Assembly (NCBI GenBank): GCA_015680685.1
Contig: MNCI01002357.1
Span: 305,384-369,383 of the forward strand
Length of the DNA: 64,000 nucleotides
DNA from: Gnetum montanum
Taxonomy: Eukaryota; Plantae; Gnetophyta
Direction: 5' to 3'
In this document: positions 50,889 to 63,903 of the stretch, in pieces
Numbering within the stretch: position 1 is the stretch's first letter
Layout of the letters: every line of letters begins with the position of its first letter
The notes under the pieces: generated by a model
What the model was told of the DNA's origin: nothing
Databases searched by the model: none
The model's input: only the letters and a program-made list of their open reading frames with translations
Made by a program: the position numbers and the translations under genes

Positions 50889-53800
50889 TTAATTTTTTTT
50901 TATTCTTTTTAGTTTCACGTCTTGCGATGTATTAATTGGTATGATTTTATATTCGGCGTCCCCTTCGCTAATCACGTTAAATGATAATTCAGCCCAAGGG
51001 ACGTCTGATGGAATGGATTCTGTGTTAGTGTTTTCAGATGTTTCAGTGTTTGTTGTGGCTTCTGTATTTGTTTCTACATGAGGAGGTGTGTTTACAGTGT
51101 CGAGCGTAGGTATTTCGATTTTAGGAGGTTTTTGTTCCATATTCAAAGGTTTACTGCCTATCGGTAGTTGCAGATTCTTGTCATTTCGGCTAGGCTTTTC
51201 AATCTCGACCTCCGAGCCCTGATCCGTGTCCATATATGACGAAATGATAGGGGTAGCTGCTTCCCTATGTATGATGATTTCACCGCCCTCATAAGGCAGG
51301 TGAATTTCTTGGTGTATAGGGGAAGAGACAGCTCTGAGTTGGGCCAACCAGGGTCTCCCTAATATTAAGTTGAATCCTGGCATTTCATCGACCACTAGGA
51401 AATCGGTAGATGTAGGGAACTGGTTTCCCGCTATGAAATCCAAGGTTATTATGCCTTTTACTATTACGCGTGACCCACTGAATGACTTTAAACATGTGGT
51501 CGCGGTTGGTTTAATTAACTCAGTAAGCCCCAATTGTTCAACGATGGGGTATGGTACAACATTTGTGGCGGCTCCATCATCTACGTGGACCCTATGTATC
51601 TTAAATTGATTTATACGTATCATTATGAACATGGGGGCTGTTGTTATCTCCCCTATTTTCTTGTCCACCTTGATGTTGTCGTCATGGAAGCTTACGGGTT
51701 TGGGAGTAGTCCCGTGAGGCGAATACATCACCGCATGAATGGAGGGTTCATTTGGGGGCAGGTCCTCACTTACCGGGATTGATGTTAACATGCGTACCAA
51801 AGCTTCAAAATGCGTTTGCGATGTCAGAACTAAGTCATATAAGCTTAGTGAAGTATTTTTTTTGTTTCAATGCTTGAGTGACTTGTGTCAAGGCTGTCGC
51901 GAAATCCTTACTGTTGGGGCCATTTTTATCGGCAATGACTGGGTCCATTGGGCCCAATAGTTTTATTTCACGTTTTGCTGATTTGTCATTCTCGTTCGGA
52001 ATTTTCGTTTTAGGTGGTTCATAATTTTCAGATGATTTACCTCCGTTGCCTATGTTGGATTGGTAGTTAGGGGACGACATGGGCATGGAGTTAAGTGGAG
52101 TGGGCTTAGGTGGCCCCATGGCTAGCCGTTGGCGTTCCTTCTCCACACGTTCATGTGTAAGCTTGTCTGCTAGGCGTTCTCGTGTGTGGCGTGGAGGTGG
52201 CGCTGGCTTTGGAGCTTGGGGTTACCCTGGGACCTTTATCACATAAGGAGCTGGGCGTGGTTGCGGTTGGACAATGTCGAATGTTTGAGCTAAAGGCTGG
52301 CCAGGGGCCCTAATAACATAGGAGCTAGGTTTGCCGTGCGCTCGTGAGGTGGTGTGTTGAGGGTTGTTAGGACTTCTGGGTGTCCTAACAACGTACGAGG
52401 TTGGTTTTGGTGGAGATTGGACTTCCGCTATTGCGACAGCGAGTGGTACTCGAACTACGAAAGGTGTAGGCCGCACATGAGGGGTTGATGCACTTGAAGG
52501 AATAACGGGAGGGACACGCACCACGTATGGTTTTTGACTTGTCATGGCGTTGGATGTGGGTACGGCCGAGGGGACTTGGACGACGTATGGCTGCTACGGG
52601 GCACGTGGTGGTTGAAATGCGGGTGTGCACACAGCGGGAGGAATCTGAACTACGAATGGCCTACTAGGTGTTTCCTTTTCGTATTCGGGGTAGACGGTGT
52701 TGATGCGGGGTGCCTCGGAATCATCATCACAATAGATTGTATTGATTACGTACGGTGCCTCTTTAGTGTTCAGGGGATCTTTATACACCCCCATAGCTTG
52801 ATTCTGTGGTTGGACTGGGTTAGCCTCATCAAAAGTGATTTGGCCGTCATCAATCATTCACTGAATATCCTGTTTCAAGGTGAAACAGTAATCCGTACCG
52901 TGCCCGTTTCATTGATGGTAGTCGCAAAAGCGATCCATCCTGAAACCTTTGGGTACAGGAGGCTCATGCGGCGTTGCTAGGCTTGGGTTCTGTACGAGTT
53001 GACAGAACCGGTCATGTCTCTCGATGGCTGCTGGGGATAACTGTTTATGTTTCATTAGCCCAGCCTTCAAGAGTTGATCGAAGAGCTGGAACGGCTTCAT
53101 TGGTAGAGGCGTGTATTGAGAGGGTTCTTTCCTCTCGAAATTTCGCGTACGATTTGTGGAGTTCTGTTGTGATGATGATTCTGGCGCGATCGTGGGGGTA
53201 GGTTTGTTATAGTTAGGGGGAGTTACTGGCGGTTTGTTTGGCTGCTGCATTCCCGCTATCGCCGCTATTGTTGACTTAGCCTTTTCTTTATCCTTTTTAG
53301 TGTGTTGATTCTTAAAGGCTAGGTATGCCAGGTCATGGCTGTTTTGGGCCACCTCTTCTATCTTTTTAATTTGCACAAATGCTTGATTAAGATCACGCAC
53401 ATTAAGGTAGTATAGCTTGGATTTAAAGAAATTGTTAACAGCCCCTTTTAGAGTGGTAAGTAGGTAGGTCTAGGAAATTGGCTCATGTAGTTCATTGAGA
53501 GTAGCACTCCATCTCTAGATGAATTTTTGCACAGGTTCAAGCGGTGCTTGCTTGACCTGTATGAGACTGTCCAGTGTGGCTTCAGGTTTCAAGTTGTACT
53601 TGAACCTGGTCACGAACTGGCGTAATAAGTCTTCCAAGTAGAAGATGGAATTCCTTGGGAGGGCCCGATACCAATCAAGTGCTCTCCCCGCGAGGGACAT
53701 GGGGAATACTCATAGTATGGAGTGGGGCCATGCCTGGAGCAACGCACACTCTAATCTAAATGTTATGAAGTGGGCGTTGGGGTCTGTCTCCCCGTTATAC

Positions 53801-55068
53801 TTAGTTAGCGTTCGTAAGGAGACGCCTTTGGGCAAGGTCAAGGGTGGGACGGAAGAGCTGATGGGGTCATCGTGGTAGAAGTCCACTACCTTCAACTCCC
53901 CGTCGATGGCGGTTTTGAGGCGTTTTACCTTGTCCGTCAATTCTTGCATTAGTTTTTTAGAGTCCACCCAATCTTGTGCACTCGGTGAAGCAACGGGCTG
54001 GGGGTGTGGGGCTGTATACAAGTTAGACTGTTGGGTCGTGGGTTGAAAGGCCGAAAGCTGGGCGATCGGCGGTTGGGTTTGTGGAAAGTTTACAATGGGC
54101 GGTACTAAGGAAGGGATGTTATAAGGGAAGTGTTGTTGTTGCTGCAGTTGGGGCTGTACCTAAGGAATATTGGTTGGTGGTATCGTGTGGGATGGCACAT
54201 GGGGGTGAGAAGGTTGGTGTGACGGCACACCCATCGCTGGCCATTACCCAACCACATTGTGTGAAGGGACTCCCTGTTGGGTTACGACCGTCGAGGGGCC
54301 TGCATGCGTTTGAATATGCGGGATGTAATGAGCGGATGTGGAGGCGGGTATCACGTGTGGAATCCCTATCACTCGGGGTGGGAATGTCACTCCCACGCTA
54401 GCGTGAGGGGGTGGTGCTTGTGAGGACGAGCTCGCAGCTGCAGCAGGGATAATTGTGAGAGGGAATGTGTTAGGTTGAAGGTCGCTCGAGGGAGGAATAT
54501 GCACTAGCGTGGATGTTTCCGGTGGTGGGGCTTGAGCTTGGGTGAGCCTATGATGCTGGAGGGGCAAGATTTCCCCTGCATTCGGATGAAAAATGAGGTT
54601 AACATGCGCTTGCGGGCTCAGAGTGTGGTAGGATTCCTCATGTTCTGATTGGGCAGCAAAGTCATCCTCTTCTTCTAGTTGGGTCTCTAACGCATGTTGA
54701 TCCAATGTGCGGCTCCTTTGCAGGAGGAGCTGTGTGACGAGCTTTGAATATTGCTCCGAAACTGGGATTACATCATATGGGGAAGGGATGAACTCGTGTC
54801 CTCCCCTATAAAAGAGTTCAAACTGCCTTTTTACTTCCATTTCAGCTCGGTCAACAGCCAGGCCAGCTTGTATCTTAATACATATAAAATTATGCTGATC
54901 TTGTGTGATAATGTTGGAGGCTGGATCTCTTTCCTGCAATCTTAGGAACCGACGGGGCCCCGCTGTAGGTTGTACTCCCGGGTGTTGCACGATGGGCTGT
55001 TGAACAGCCGTGGTGTATATCATGTTAGTGGCTTCAGTGGTGGCGACCGTAGTATTTGCAGGGTTCAT
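50889..55068 (-). pseudogene. gag: gag-protease polyprotein of the nested element, ending in a stop before the accessory gene
   Basis: ATG 55068; capsid KYNGETDPNAH..SLAGRALDWYRALP; FCDYHQ.NGH zinc-knuckle-like motif; protease VHVDDGAATNV..FNLILGRPWL. Confidence 0.93.
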
Positions 55069-55805
55069 GATGTGGTTTAGGGTATGACATTGGGTAGAAT
55101 GTGATATTAATGTACTGTGCAGCGTACGGCGTATACACTTTAACTGACAGCGTATAATGGCAGCATATATAGCGTATACATATGTGGCGTATACAGTCAG
55201 CATAGACAAGTCTACGAAAATAGCTCAGCGTATACGCTGGAGAGCGTATACAGCGTAAGACAGGTCCCGACATAAAAGGGGTCACGGCGTAAAAAAGGAA
55301 GCATCGTAAAGCTGGCAACAGCGTGAAATAAGTCAGCGTAAAACAATAACCAGCATCAAACAGGGGATGGCGTAAGACAGGTCATAGCGTAAGACAGGGA
55401 ACCGCGTAAAGCAATGCATAGCGTAAAATAGTGCTCAGCGTAAAAGAAGGCAGCATAAAACAAGGCAGCGTAAATAAGCTCAGCGTAAGAGCAAGTTCAG
55501 GTTAACATAATACTCAGCGTAAAACAATCCACAGTGTAAAAACAAGGCAGCGTATGGTTTTTTGAGGGAATGTTTTAAGAGGAAGAGTGTAAATAGCGAA
55601 CAGCGTAGACGTTGGACAGTTAGCAGACTAGGTTTTCAGATCGGGCTTCGTGGACGCTGAGAAGATTTCAGCGGGAAGCGGCACACGGTTGGTAGCGTAG
55701 ACGCTCGACAGCATAAACGCTGGAAATGTGCGATGTCTTGAATATCACAGCGTAAATGCTGATCAGCGTAGATGCTGGGAGCACGCAGGTGGGGTTTTAG
55801 GCGGA

Positions 55806-55823
55806 GCCCTCCTTCTAGCGCCA
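55806..55823 (-). other. Primer binding site TGGCGCTAGAAGGAGGGC
   Basis: 5 nt from the 5' LTR; shared with the non-autonomous element. Confidence 0.85.
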
Positions 55824-55828
55824 ATTTC

Positions 55829-57079
55829 TATACCGCCTGAAATCGTCAGTCCCCGGCTGGAAGGAAACAGAGACCGTGGGATCGCAGGACGAGAATAGAA
55901 GACCCTGCCTTCGCCTGAGGGCGAGCTGGAATGCAACAAAGGCAGAGTACCTTGGGTGGTCCGCACGCGGATCAGACAAGGATTTCCCCGAATGTACACC
56001 AAAGTGTTATACGCCAGGATATACGTGAACAGCGTAGGAAACGTAAACAAAGCGTAAATAGCGTAAAACAGATGCAAACGGAGCGTAAACATAAGCGGGC
56101 GTAAACAGAACACGTATGCCAAAATGACATAAACTGTAAACAATTTCATGCAGCAAATGTAACAATGATATTACAAGATGAGAATACAGTGCACCGGTCT
56201 AACGCAGTTGTGGTGAAACACAAGGTGGACGAAAAGCCCTGGTGGATGGGAGGGCGGCGAGGCTAGTTCACGCTATATGCGCGGCGTAGAGACTGTGTGC
56301 GCGACGTACAGGTTTTTCCAGCGTAAGAGGGTTTTGAGCTTTGGTGCACAGCGTAATTGCTCCTGGGTATGCTCTCGGATTTTACCAATCGACCTGGTTG
56401 AAGTGGAAAGTCAGGGCTTTTATACCGGTTGTTACGCTAGACTCGGGTTGGGTGACATGTGGATGTTGACCGAGTGGAAAAGGGCGTAAAATTTATAATA
56501 TACAACATATTACATCTGCTACGCATATACGCTAGGCGTATACGCTGAATGTGTTGGATGAACATGGGTGGAGATGCTATGGACGCTGGGCGTATACGCT
56601 GATGGATGCTGGGCGTGTACGCTGGGCGAACACGCTGACGGATGATGGGCGTGTACGCTAGGCAAACACGCTGATGGATGCTGGGCATGTACGTTGGACG
56701 AACACGCTGACGAATGCCAACTTGCTTCAATTCTTGCTCTTCGGTGTTTTTTTCACTTTGCCTTTGGAGGTTCCGTGCTGGGCGTAAACATTTGTCGTTC
56801 CTGCCGAGCGTACATGTGAAGTGTGTACGCTGGGCATGAGTTGGATGTATACGCCGGGCCTAGACGCTGGGCGTATATGCTGGGCGTATACGCTATGGAT
56901 GTGAACTTGAGCATAGATGCCGGGCGTATACGCTGGCACTGCAAACTTAGCGAAAACGAAGCATTTTAACCTCTCCAAAGTTGCAATCGTGACAGCAAAT
57001 GTAGTCGTAGTTATCTGTGGGTCCCAGGGACCTGCTTGTTGTTGAAGAAGTACAAAGCTCGGAATTTTGTTGTGTTTTA
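55829..57079 (-). repeat. 5' LTR of the nested element (termini mutated TG>TA and CA>TA)
   Basis: Colinear with 39098-40344. Confidence 0.95.
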
Positions 57080-57084
57080 GCAAG

Positions 57085-59572
57085 CTTGAGTGATAAGGGA
57101 GGTCATGGAATAGGGGGCCCATTACAACTAGGCTAGGAATCTCTACAAAGGCCTACAAGTTGAAATGGTCAAGCTTTATACAAATCATGAGTCCTGTTTC
57201 AATGTGCATCATGCCTTTTATGTAGCCTTCTTGTGATGTTTCGCGTAATTCTTGGTGGTCCATGAGAATGGATTCTAGGTTATGTAAGATTGTAATTAGA
57301 TTTCCAAACCATGGATCTTCCAAGTCTTCTGGACCACCCGAGCCCAAGATCCCCCAGAAGCTATTAAGAAATCATTTTCCATGACGACTAAGGATCGGGT
57401 GGCCCACAACTTCTGTAGCCAGGACAGCGTAGGCAATGTGCCCCCTGCTGCTATAGGTAGCGTATCACAGGGAAAATGTCTCATTGCGGAGATGGTGGTC
57501 ACCAAGTTGTGGAAAAAGAGGTCTCGTCTAGCTGAGGAGCCTCCCCATACAGAAAAAGAAGATAGGCAGACACTGCAGTTCAAGCTATGTAGGATACAGC
57601 CCCTCATTAGTAAATGCTTTTGTCATTTTGCTTGTTTTTCTACTTATTTGATTAATGTTTGCTACGTTGTGCTATGCTAGGTAGCGTAGTGAAGCATCAG
57701 TTTTGAGTTAATACGCTATGGCCTAATGCGAACTTGGTTTGCTATCAGAGGAAGAAGAGGAGGAAGAATAAGAAGAAGAAGGTGACAAAGAGGTGTTGGC
57801 CCCCAAAACAAGGGTGGCCAATAAAGATGCGGGGGCCCCAATCACAGAGGAAAGGGCCCTGATTAAGAGAGAAGGAGCCCCTGCCACAAAGGAAAGGATT
57901 CCCGTTGACAAAGAAAATGCTCCTACTGACGAGGAGGACGTTTCACCTGACAAGGAGGATTCCTCCATGGATGAGGAGGATGCTAGCACCTGAAAAAGAA
58001 AGGCCCCAGCGAATAAAGAGGAAGCCCGTGTCAACCAAGAAGGAACCTTTGCTGATGATCCCTTTTGCTGAGTACATTTTAGCATCGGAGGAGTAGATGA
58101 ACAGCGAGGATGCTGCCATAGTTTTAAGCCAGCAAGGAGAGGAACTACAACTAGATGCTAGTGAGTTTGATCGTATATTCGACAGTATGTCGATGGGTGA
58201 CCCCCTTGCTATCACCCCTGAGGAATTGCTAGGTAGGATCCCTTACACTGTTGTTTGTGTTTTCCATTAGCTTTATTGTAGTCCATCTTATTCATGATTG
58301 ACGTGTTTGGTTATATGGCAGACACCACCACTAACACTGTAGGACCTTCCTTGATCTAGCTGGAAACATGGGCCGAGACCCCTGACAAGCTTACGTTCAT
58401 GCAGGGGGGTTGTTGACGACATGATCGACTATCTCAAGCAGGTCGATCAGGAAGTGGGTGAGTGAAGTGGCTACGATAGGCTTTTAGCTTGCTATGCTAG
58501 ACTTCTTGAGTTGCCAAACTTTGCTACGCTATTGTGACTAATGTGCTTTTATGTGTGATAACAATCTCTCACCTTAAGTGGGACTCAAAATGAGTAGTAA
58601 AGGTGGACACCATGCCTACATTCCCACGTGAAGTGACTGAGGTGCCTCGTCGCATATACGATGAGGTTAGTAAATGTGTGTTGCACTCGGCATGCTCCTT
58701 ATGGGAGTGTAGGTGTGTGAATGAGGACCTCTGGAAACGGGTCTAGAGGTAAGAGAGAGAAAAGGCTGATCTGACCGCCAAGGTGGGAGACCTCTGTTCT
58801 AGGAATGAGTTCCTCCTAGCTCATGATACCAATGATGGCAGTTGGCTTAGGGCCATCATAGATTACGCAAGATATTGGATGGCTTTGCAATGCAACAATG
58901 AGACCACCCGAGAGATAATTGAACAATGGATGAAAATGGACTTGTTGCCTCAGAAGAACCAGGGTTGGAAGGACTATAGTGCTAGAGTTTAAGAGTGGGG
59001 GCAATCCCAGAAAAACCATAAGCACATGTATAAACTAGAACATGCTACCTATCGTAAACAATACTAGGATGCTTCACTAAAGTTGTATACCCATGAAGCA
59101 TTCCTGGATGCCATTGGTGCTTCTGAAGCTTACAACAAGTTCATGTAGTAAGTGATGGTCAGTGAACCGCCTGAGCAGGAAGTGAATCTTCCCATAGGTG
59201 AGACCACCACTGCCTCCTTTTCTCTGAGACTGCTAAGATGGATGTCCATCGAAAAGGAGAAACCTACAACAAACACTAAACTGAGCGATAGGCACTGGGT
59301 AGATATTACGTAGGCGGAGGTCTGGCATCGCCTCGGGATCGGATCGGATCGCATACCCTGTGGGATAGACGCGGGGCCGTCTTGGGTTAGTCACTTTCTG
59401 CAATGCAACAATTTATGTTTTTCTAGCCTTTGTGTGTTACTCTAGATGACTTCTTCATTTTATGGTGTAGATTCCAAATGAAGAAGCAGGGCCCCTGGAG
59501 AACAGAAATGATGATGCGGAAGAAGTTGATGCAGAGGGAGATGATGCAAGGAAAGATGACGCATGACAGTAG
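57085..59572 (+). pseudogene. Antisense accessory gene of the outer element, 3' part
   Basis: Frame continues across the TSD (IGIEQA*VIREVME*GAHYN*A vs LGVEAVRVMRTVLETIMRYN*A); acidic exon; DYARYW..EWGQSQKNHKHMYK; acidic last exon after GTGTAG. Confidence 0.8.
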
Positions 59573-59724
59573 AGCTTTTGATTTTTGTATTTTTGTAAAA
59601 CTGTCGAAAACATTATCTAAGTGAAATTTTGAATGAAATTTTTTTGGCAAGATTGGTGTTATTTGTTTACGCGTTATCTATGTGATCTGTTTTTATGTTT
59701 TGTTTTTGATGTTTTTAATGTGTC

Positions 59725-59998
59725 TTAGTTTTAGGCCATTTTGGGCCGTCACTAGTTTTAGGCCACTTTGGATCATGCGTAGTTTTAGACCATTTCAGGT
59801 CATATGGTAATGTAAACGAAAGAAATATTTTTGCCAGTTTTAGGCCTTAGCAAGTTGTATGTAGTTTTAGGCCGTTTTGGGCCATGTGGTAATGCAAATG
59901 AAGGAAATATTTTTGCCAGTTTTAGGCTTTCGCGGGCTGTATGTAGTTTTAGACTATTTTGGGCCATGGGACAATATAATTTTAGGCCATTTTGGACC
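59725..59998 (-). repeat. Array of YAGTTTTAGGCC-N6-GGCC units downstream of the outer gag-protease
   Basis: About 8 units. Confidence 0.88.
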
Positions 59999-60210
59999 AT
60001 GGCATAAATAGAAGATATGTTAACGGCTTAAAAAAAGTAAAATAGTGTACCTAGCATAGATGGATGGATGCGAAGTGAACAAAGGATAAATGTACAAATG
60101 ATGTTAACTGGGTAGGAAGCAGTGGGGTTGCTATGCTATGCGTAAGTACTTTCTAACCCATCATGGATTGGGCGAGGTGTAAGGCCAGGATGCTTTGTTA
60201 GGGCATTTGT

Positions 60211-63200
60211 CTACATCGTTGTCCTCTGCTTGGAAGGGCAACTCAGTCCACGCATTTTCATTTTCTGAGCCAGCTCCTTTGCTAAATGGTTAGTATCTAT
60301 GGAGACAAGCACTTCATTCTTGGAGGTTATGACCTCAGAGCCTTGCTCCATATCTATGTTGTTTATTGCTTGTGTCGTTACCTTGTCGCCATGGATTACC
60401 ACCTCCCTCCCTGCATAGGGTAGATGGATCTCCTAATGTATGGAATAAGAGACTATCCTAAGTTGTGCTAACCATGACCTCCCCAAGATCAGGTTAAACT
60501 CGGGCATCTCTTCCACCACAATAAACAGTGCATTCATGGAAAACTATTCCCCCACCACAAAGTCAATGTGGACTATGCCTTTCACCATGACCCATGACCC
60601 ATTGAACGACTTCAAGCATGACGTTGTCCTGGGTCTGATTTGGTTGACCAAACCCAACTTATCCACAATAGGGAATGGGATGACATTCGTAGTAGCCCCA
60701 TCATCAATGTATATCCTTCGGATCTTATGTTGACCAATCCAAATTATGATGAAGAGAGGTGCTATAGTCACCTAACCCTTTTCAGGGTCTTCCCTAATGG
60801 AATCATCTCAAAAAGTCAATTGGGATGGCTTTAGTTCTGCAGGTGCAGAAGGAAGCATGATCAAGTGGATTGCTTTCTCTTTTGCTGGCATGTTCTTGTC
60901 AATCAGAATTGCCATTTACATGTGAACCAGAGCCTCATGATGTGTAGTAGAAGTCATAATCAGGTCATACAGGCTCAATGTTATCTTTTTCTGCTTTAGA
61001 GCTTGCTTGACCTGAGTAAGAGTGCTTAAAAGGTCGGGGCCACCTATTTGTTTACTGCCTTTCTCCTCTTTCATTTATCCCAGGAGATAAATTTCTCCTC
61101 TTTGGTTTGGGATCAGACCCTTTTGGGTGATGTGGCGATGACTGTTCATGTGTTGCAATGTTATCTTTCGATAGTGAGGACATATATGTAGAGGGCAAGG
61201 ACGTACGCTTGGAAGTACTCAGGGTGGTACGTTCTATTGACACCTCACCTGTCAAACACACTTCTTGTTTCTTTAGATGAGAAGGCTGTTGTGCTATCTT
61301 ATGTGGGGCAAGAGCGGTTGAGTGACTCGGCCCCCTGATGACAAATGGTGCTAATGATGTTAATTCATGTAGTGGTTGTGCAGTTCTGCTTATAGGAAGT
61401 GTAGGGGCAGATGTCTGAGGAGGGACTCTCAAGACAAATAGTTGCTGCAGAGTTTGTTTAGCTGCTGCTACTGCTGGTGCACTACGCTAAGGCACACGAA
61501 CCACAAATGGCTGCTGGGGTGGTTTAGGATTACTGTCAACACCAATGGTGTTGATAATGTAACCGAAATTTCTAGCATTGAGAGGATCTATGTGAACATG
61601 TAGAGATTGATTTTTAGGATGCACTAAGTTGCTTTCATATACAACCAGTTTCCCTTGATCAATTCTTTGGATGTCATCTTTTAATGCCATATAGTAATCC
61701 ATTTCATGACCACACTGTTGATGGTAGTCACAGAACTGGTCCAGCCTAAAATTCTTAGGAATTGGCGGCTCATTGGGCAAGGCCAAGGAGGGGTTCCTAA
61801 GGAGTTTGTAGTACCGTTGATTTTTTTTAACTCTCTCCTCTAACATCTTCTTGTGTTGGATGTACCCCACCGCCAGTAACTACTTCAAAAGTTCTGAAGG
61901 CTTAATAGGCAATGGGGTATACTTGGAGTGATCTTTACGCCCAAAATTTGGCTTGGGCGGTGTGGATGCTTTGGACGCAAATGTGGAGGGTTGAGTTGTG
62001 TTGCCCTGTTTGGGCGCGGGGTTAGGTGCTACTGCGGCTACTTTCTTGTTGTTCTTATTATTGAGTTTGGCTTCATTTGCCACAGCAGCTACTGTGGCTA
62101 TTGCAGCCTTACCCTTATCTTTGTCCTTCTTCGTAAAGGTGTTCTTGTATGCAACGTAGGCCAAGTCTTTGCTTGCCTCAGTCACATCTTGTATACTCTT
62201 TGTCTGGGAGAAAGCCTAACTAAGAGTTTGGGGAGCGAGATAGTATAGTTTAGACTTAATAAAGTCATTCACTGCACCCTTAAAGATGGCCAGCAAATGG
62301 GCCTCTACGATGGGCTTGTGGATTTCGTTAAGGATAGCACTCCACCATTGTATGAATTTCTGGACTAGTTCCAATGGATCTTGCTTCACGCTCATTATTT
62401 GATCCAGCATAACTCCTGGTCTCAAGTTGTAATTGAAACACATTACGAACTAGGTCAGGAGCTCCTCTAGGATTGAGACGAAGGAGCATGGAAGCGCGCG
62501 GTACCAGTCCAAGGCTTTTCCCGTCAGAGACATAGCAAATATGCAGATGATTGTATGTGGCCATTGTTGCAAAAGAAGGGACTCAGATCTAAACCTAACA
62601 AGATGCTTGTTGGGATCACCCTCCCCATTGTATTTTGTGAAATGGGGGAGTGGCATCCCAGGGGTAAAGTTAGCGTGGGAACTACTGGGCTAGTAGGATC
62701 ATCCTGGTAGAAGTCCATGAATTGTACCGTGTTAGAACCAGTAGCCTTGAGGCGTTTAATTTTTTCAGTAAGGGTTTGGATAAGATGGAATGCTTGATCT
62801 AGACCTGAGGATGATGTGGATGGTTGGGGAGCTACCAGGGTAGCTCCCATCTGTGGTGTGAGAGGGGTAGCGACGTGATCCATAGGTGATGTTCGTTGGG
62901 GTGGCCCCTATTAGCGGTGCCACTTGTGCTATCCACCACATAGTAGGTGGTGCTATTGGAGCAGCAGCTGCTGGTTGTGCCATGGGGTAGGCCATTTGTG
63001 TGGTTGGTGGGACAGAGCATAGTCTAGTGCTTGGTTGTACCGTTTTCGGGCCCTGGTATGTTTGGTGATGAGCATAGTGGGACATTTGTCACAATTGCGA
63101 AATAGGAGGAGAAGTGAACGGGGTCCACCATGTGGATGGGCCTGGGCCCACCGCTAGTAGTGGGACAGGTGTAGACACAAGCATAGAGGCGGTAACTACA

Positions 63201-63897
63201 TGCAACTATGAGGTAGGTACAGTGTGAACGTAGGGTAGGGTAGCCATGATAGGTGTGTGATACGATGCATCAATGGACTGGGAAATAGTTTGCAGAGGAG
63301 TAGTGGCTAAGAATGAGATAGGGGAGTAGGCATCTTAATACGCTGAGGACATGGCATGGCTATCCATGGCTGATGAAATCATGGGTTATGACGACGTAGA
63401 TGTCATCATGAAGGAAGCTATGGTAGAGAGTGGGTTTGTCTAGAAAGATGGGGTGGGAGGTATGGTGGCAGGGTTAGTTTGACCCTCACCCTCGGATTGG
63501 AAATCTAATTCCTCTTGCCCATCTTGGAACACCTCATCATGGTGAGACGTTGTGTCTCGTTGCTCCCTAGACCTAGTCAATCCTGTCAGCTGATCTCTGA
63601 GCCACTGATGTGTTTGCATCAGAGAACAAATTCCCTTCCATTACAGTAAGCAAACTTGAAGTTACATTTTTCTTGAAGTTCTTGTGTAGTTAAGGGAAAA
63701 TCTACTTGCACCTTAGCGCAAAGAAATTTATATTGTTTGTATTGCTAGGTCAAGTCCTCAGGTGCCCAATTTTGGATCTTGAGGGATCAACATGGCCCCA
63801 GCACTAGGCTGGGCGGCTGCTCGGCACCTGTGATGCCTTCAACTGAGAAGGGGACCTCAATGTTAGAGGTAGTAGCTATGGTAGTTGAGGAAATCAT
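60211..63897 (-). pseudogene. gag: gag-protease of the outer element, decayed
   Basis: ATG 63897; KYNGEGDPNKHL..SLTGKALDWYRALP; FCDYHQQCGH; IYIDDGATTNV. Confidence 0.9.
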
Positions 63898-63903
63898 TGT
63901 CGT

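Larger units (their letters stand above)
39098..57079 (-). mobile_element. Complete ~18-kb Tat-type Ty3/gypsy element (LTR-PBS-gag-PR // antisense 8-exon gene // RT-RH-aRH-IN-PPT-LTR), TSD GCAAG
   Basis: LTRs 39098-40344 and 55829-57079; GCAAG at 39093-39097 and 57080-57084; the host reading frame resumes across the TSD. Confidence 0.96.
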
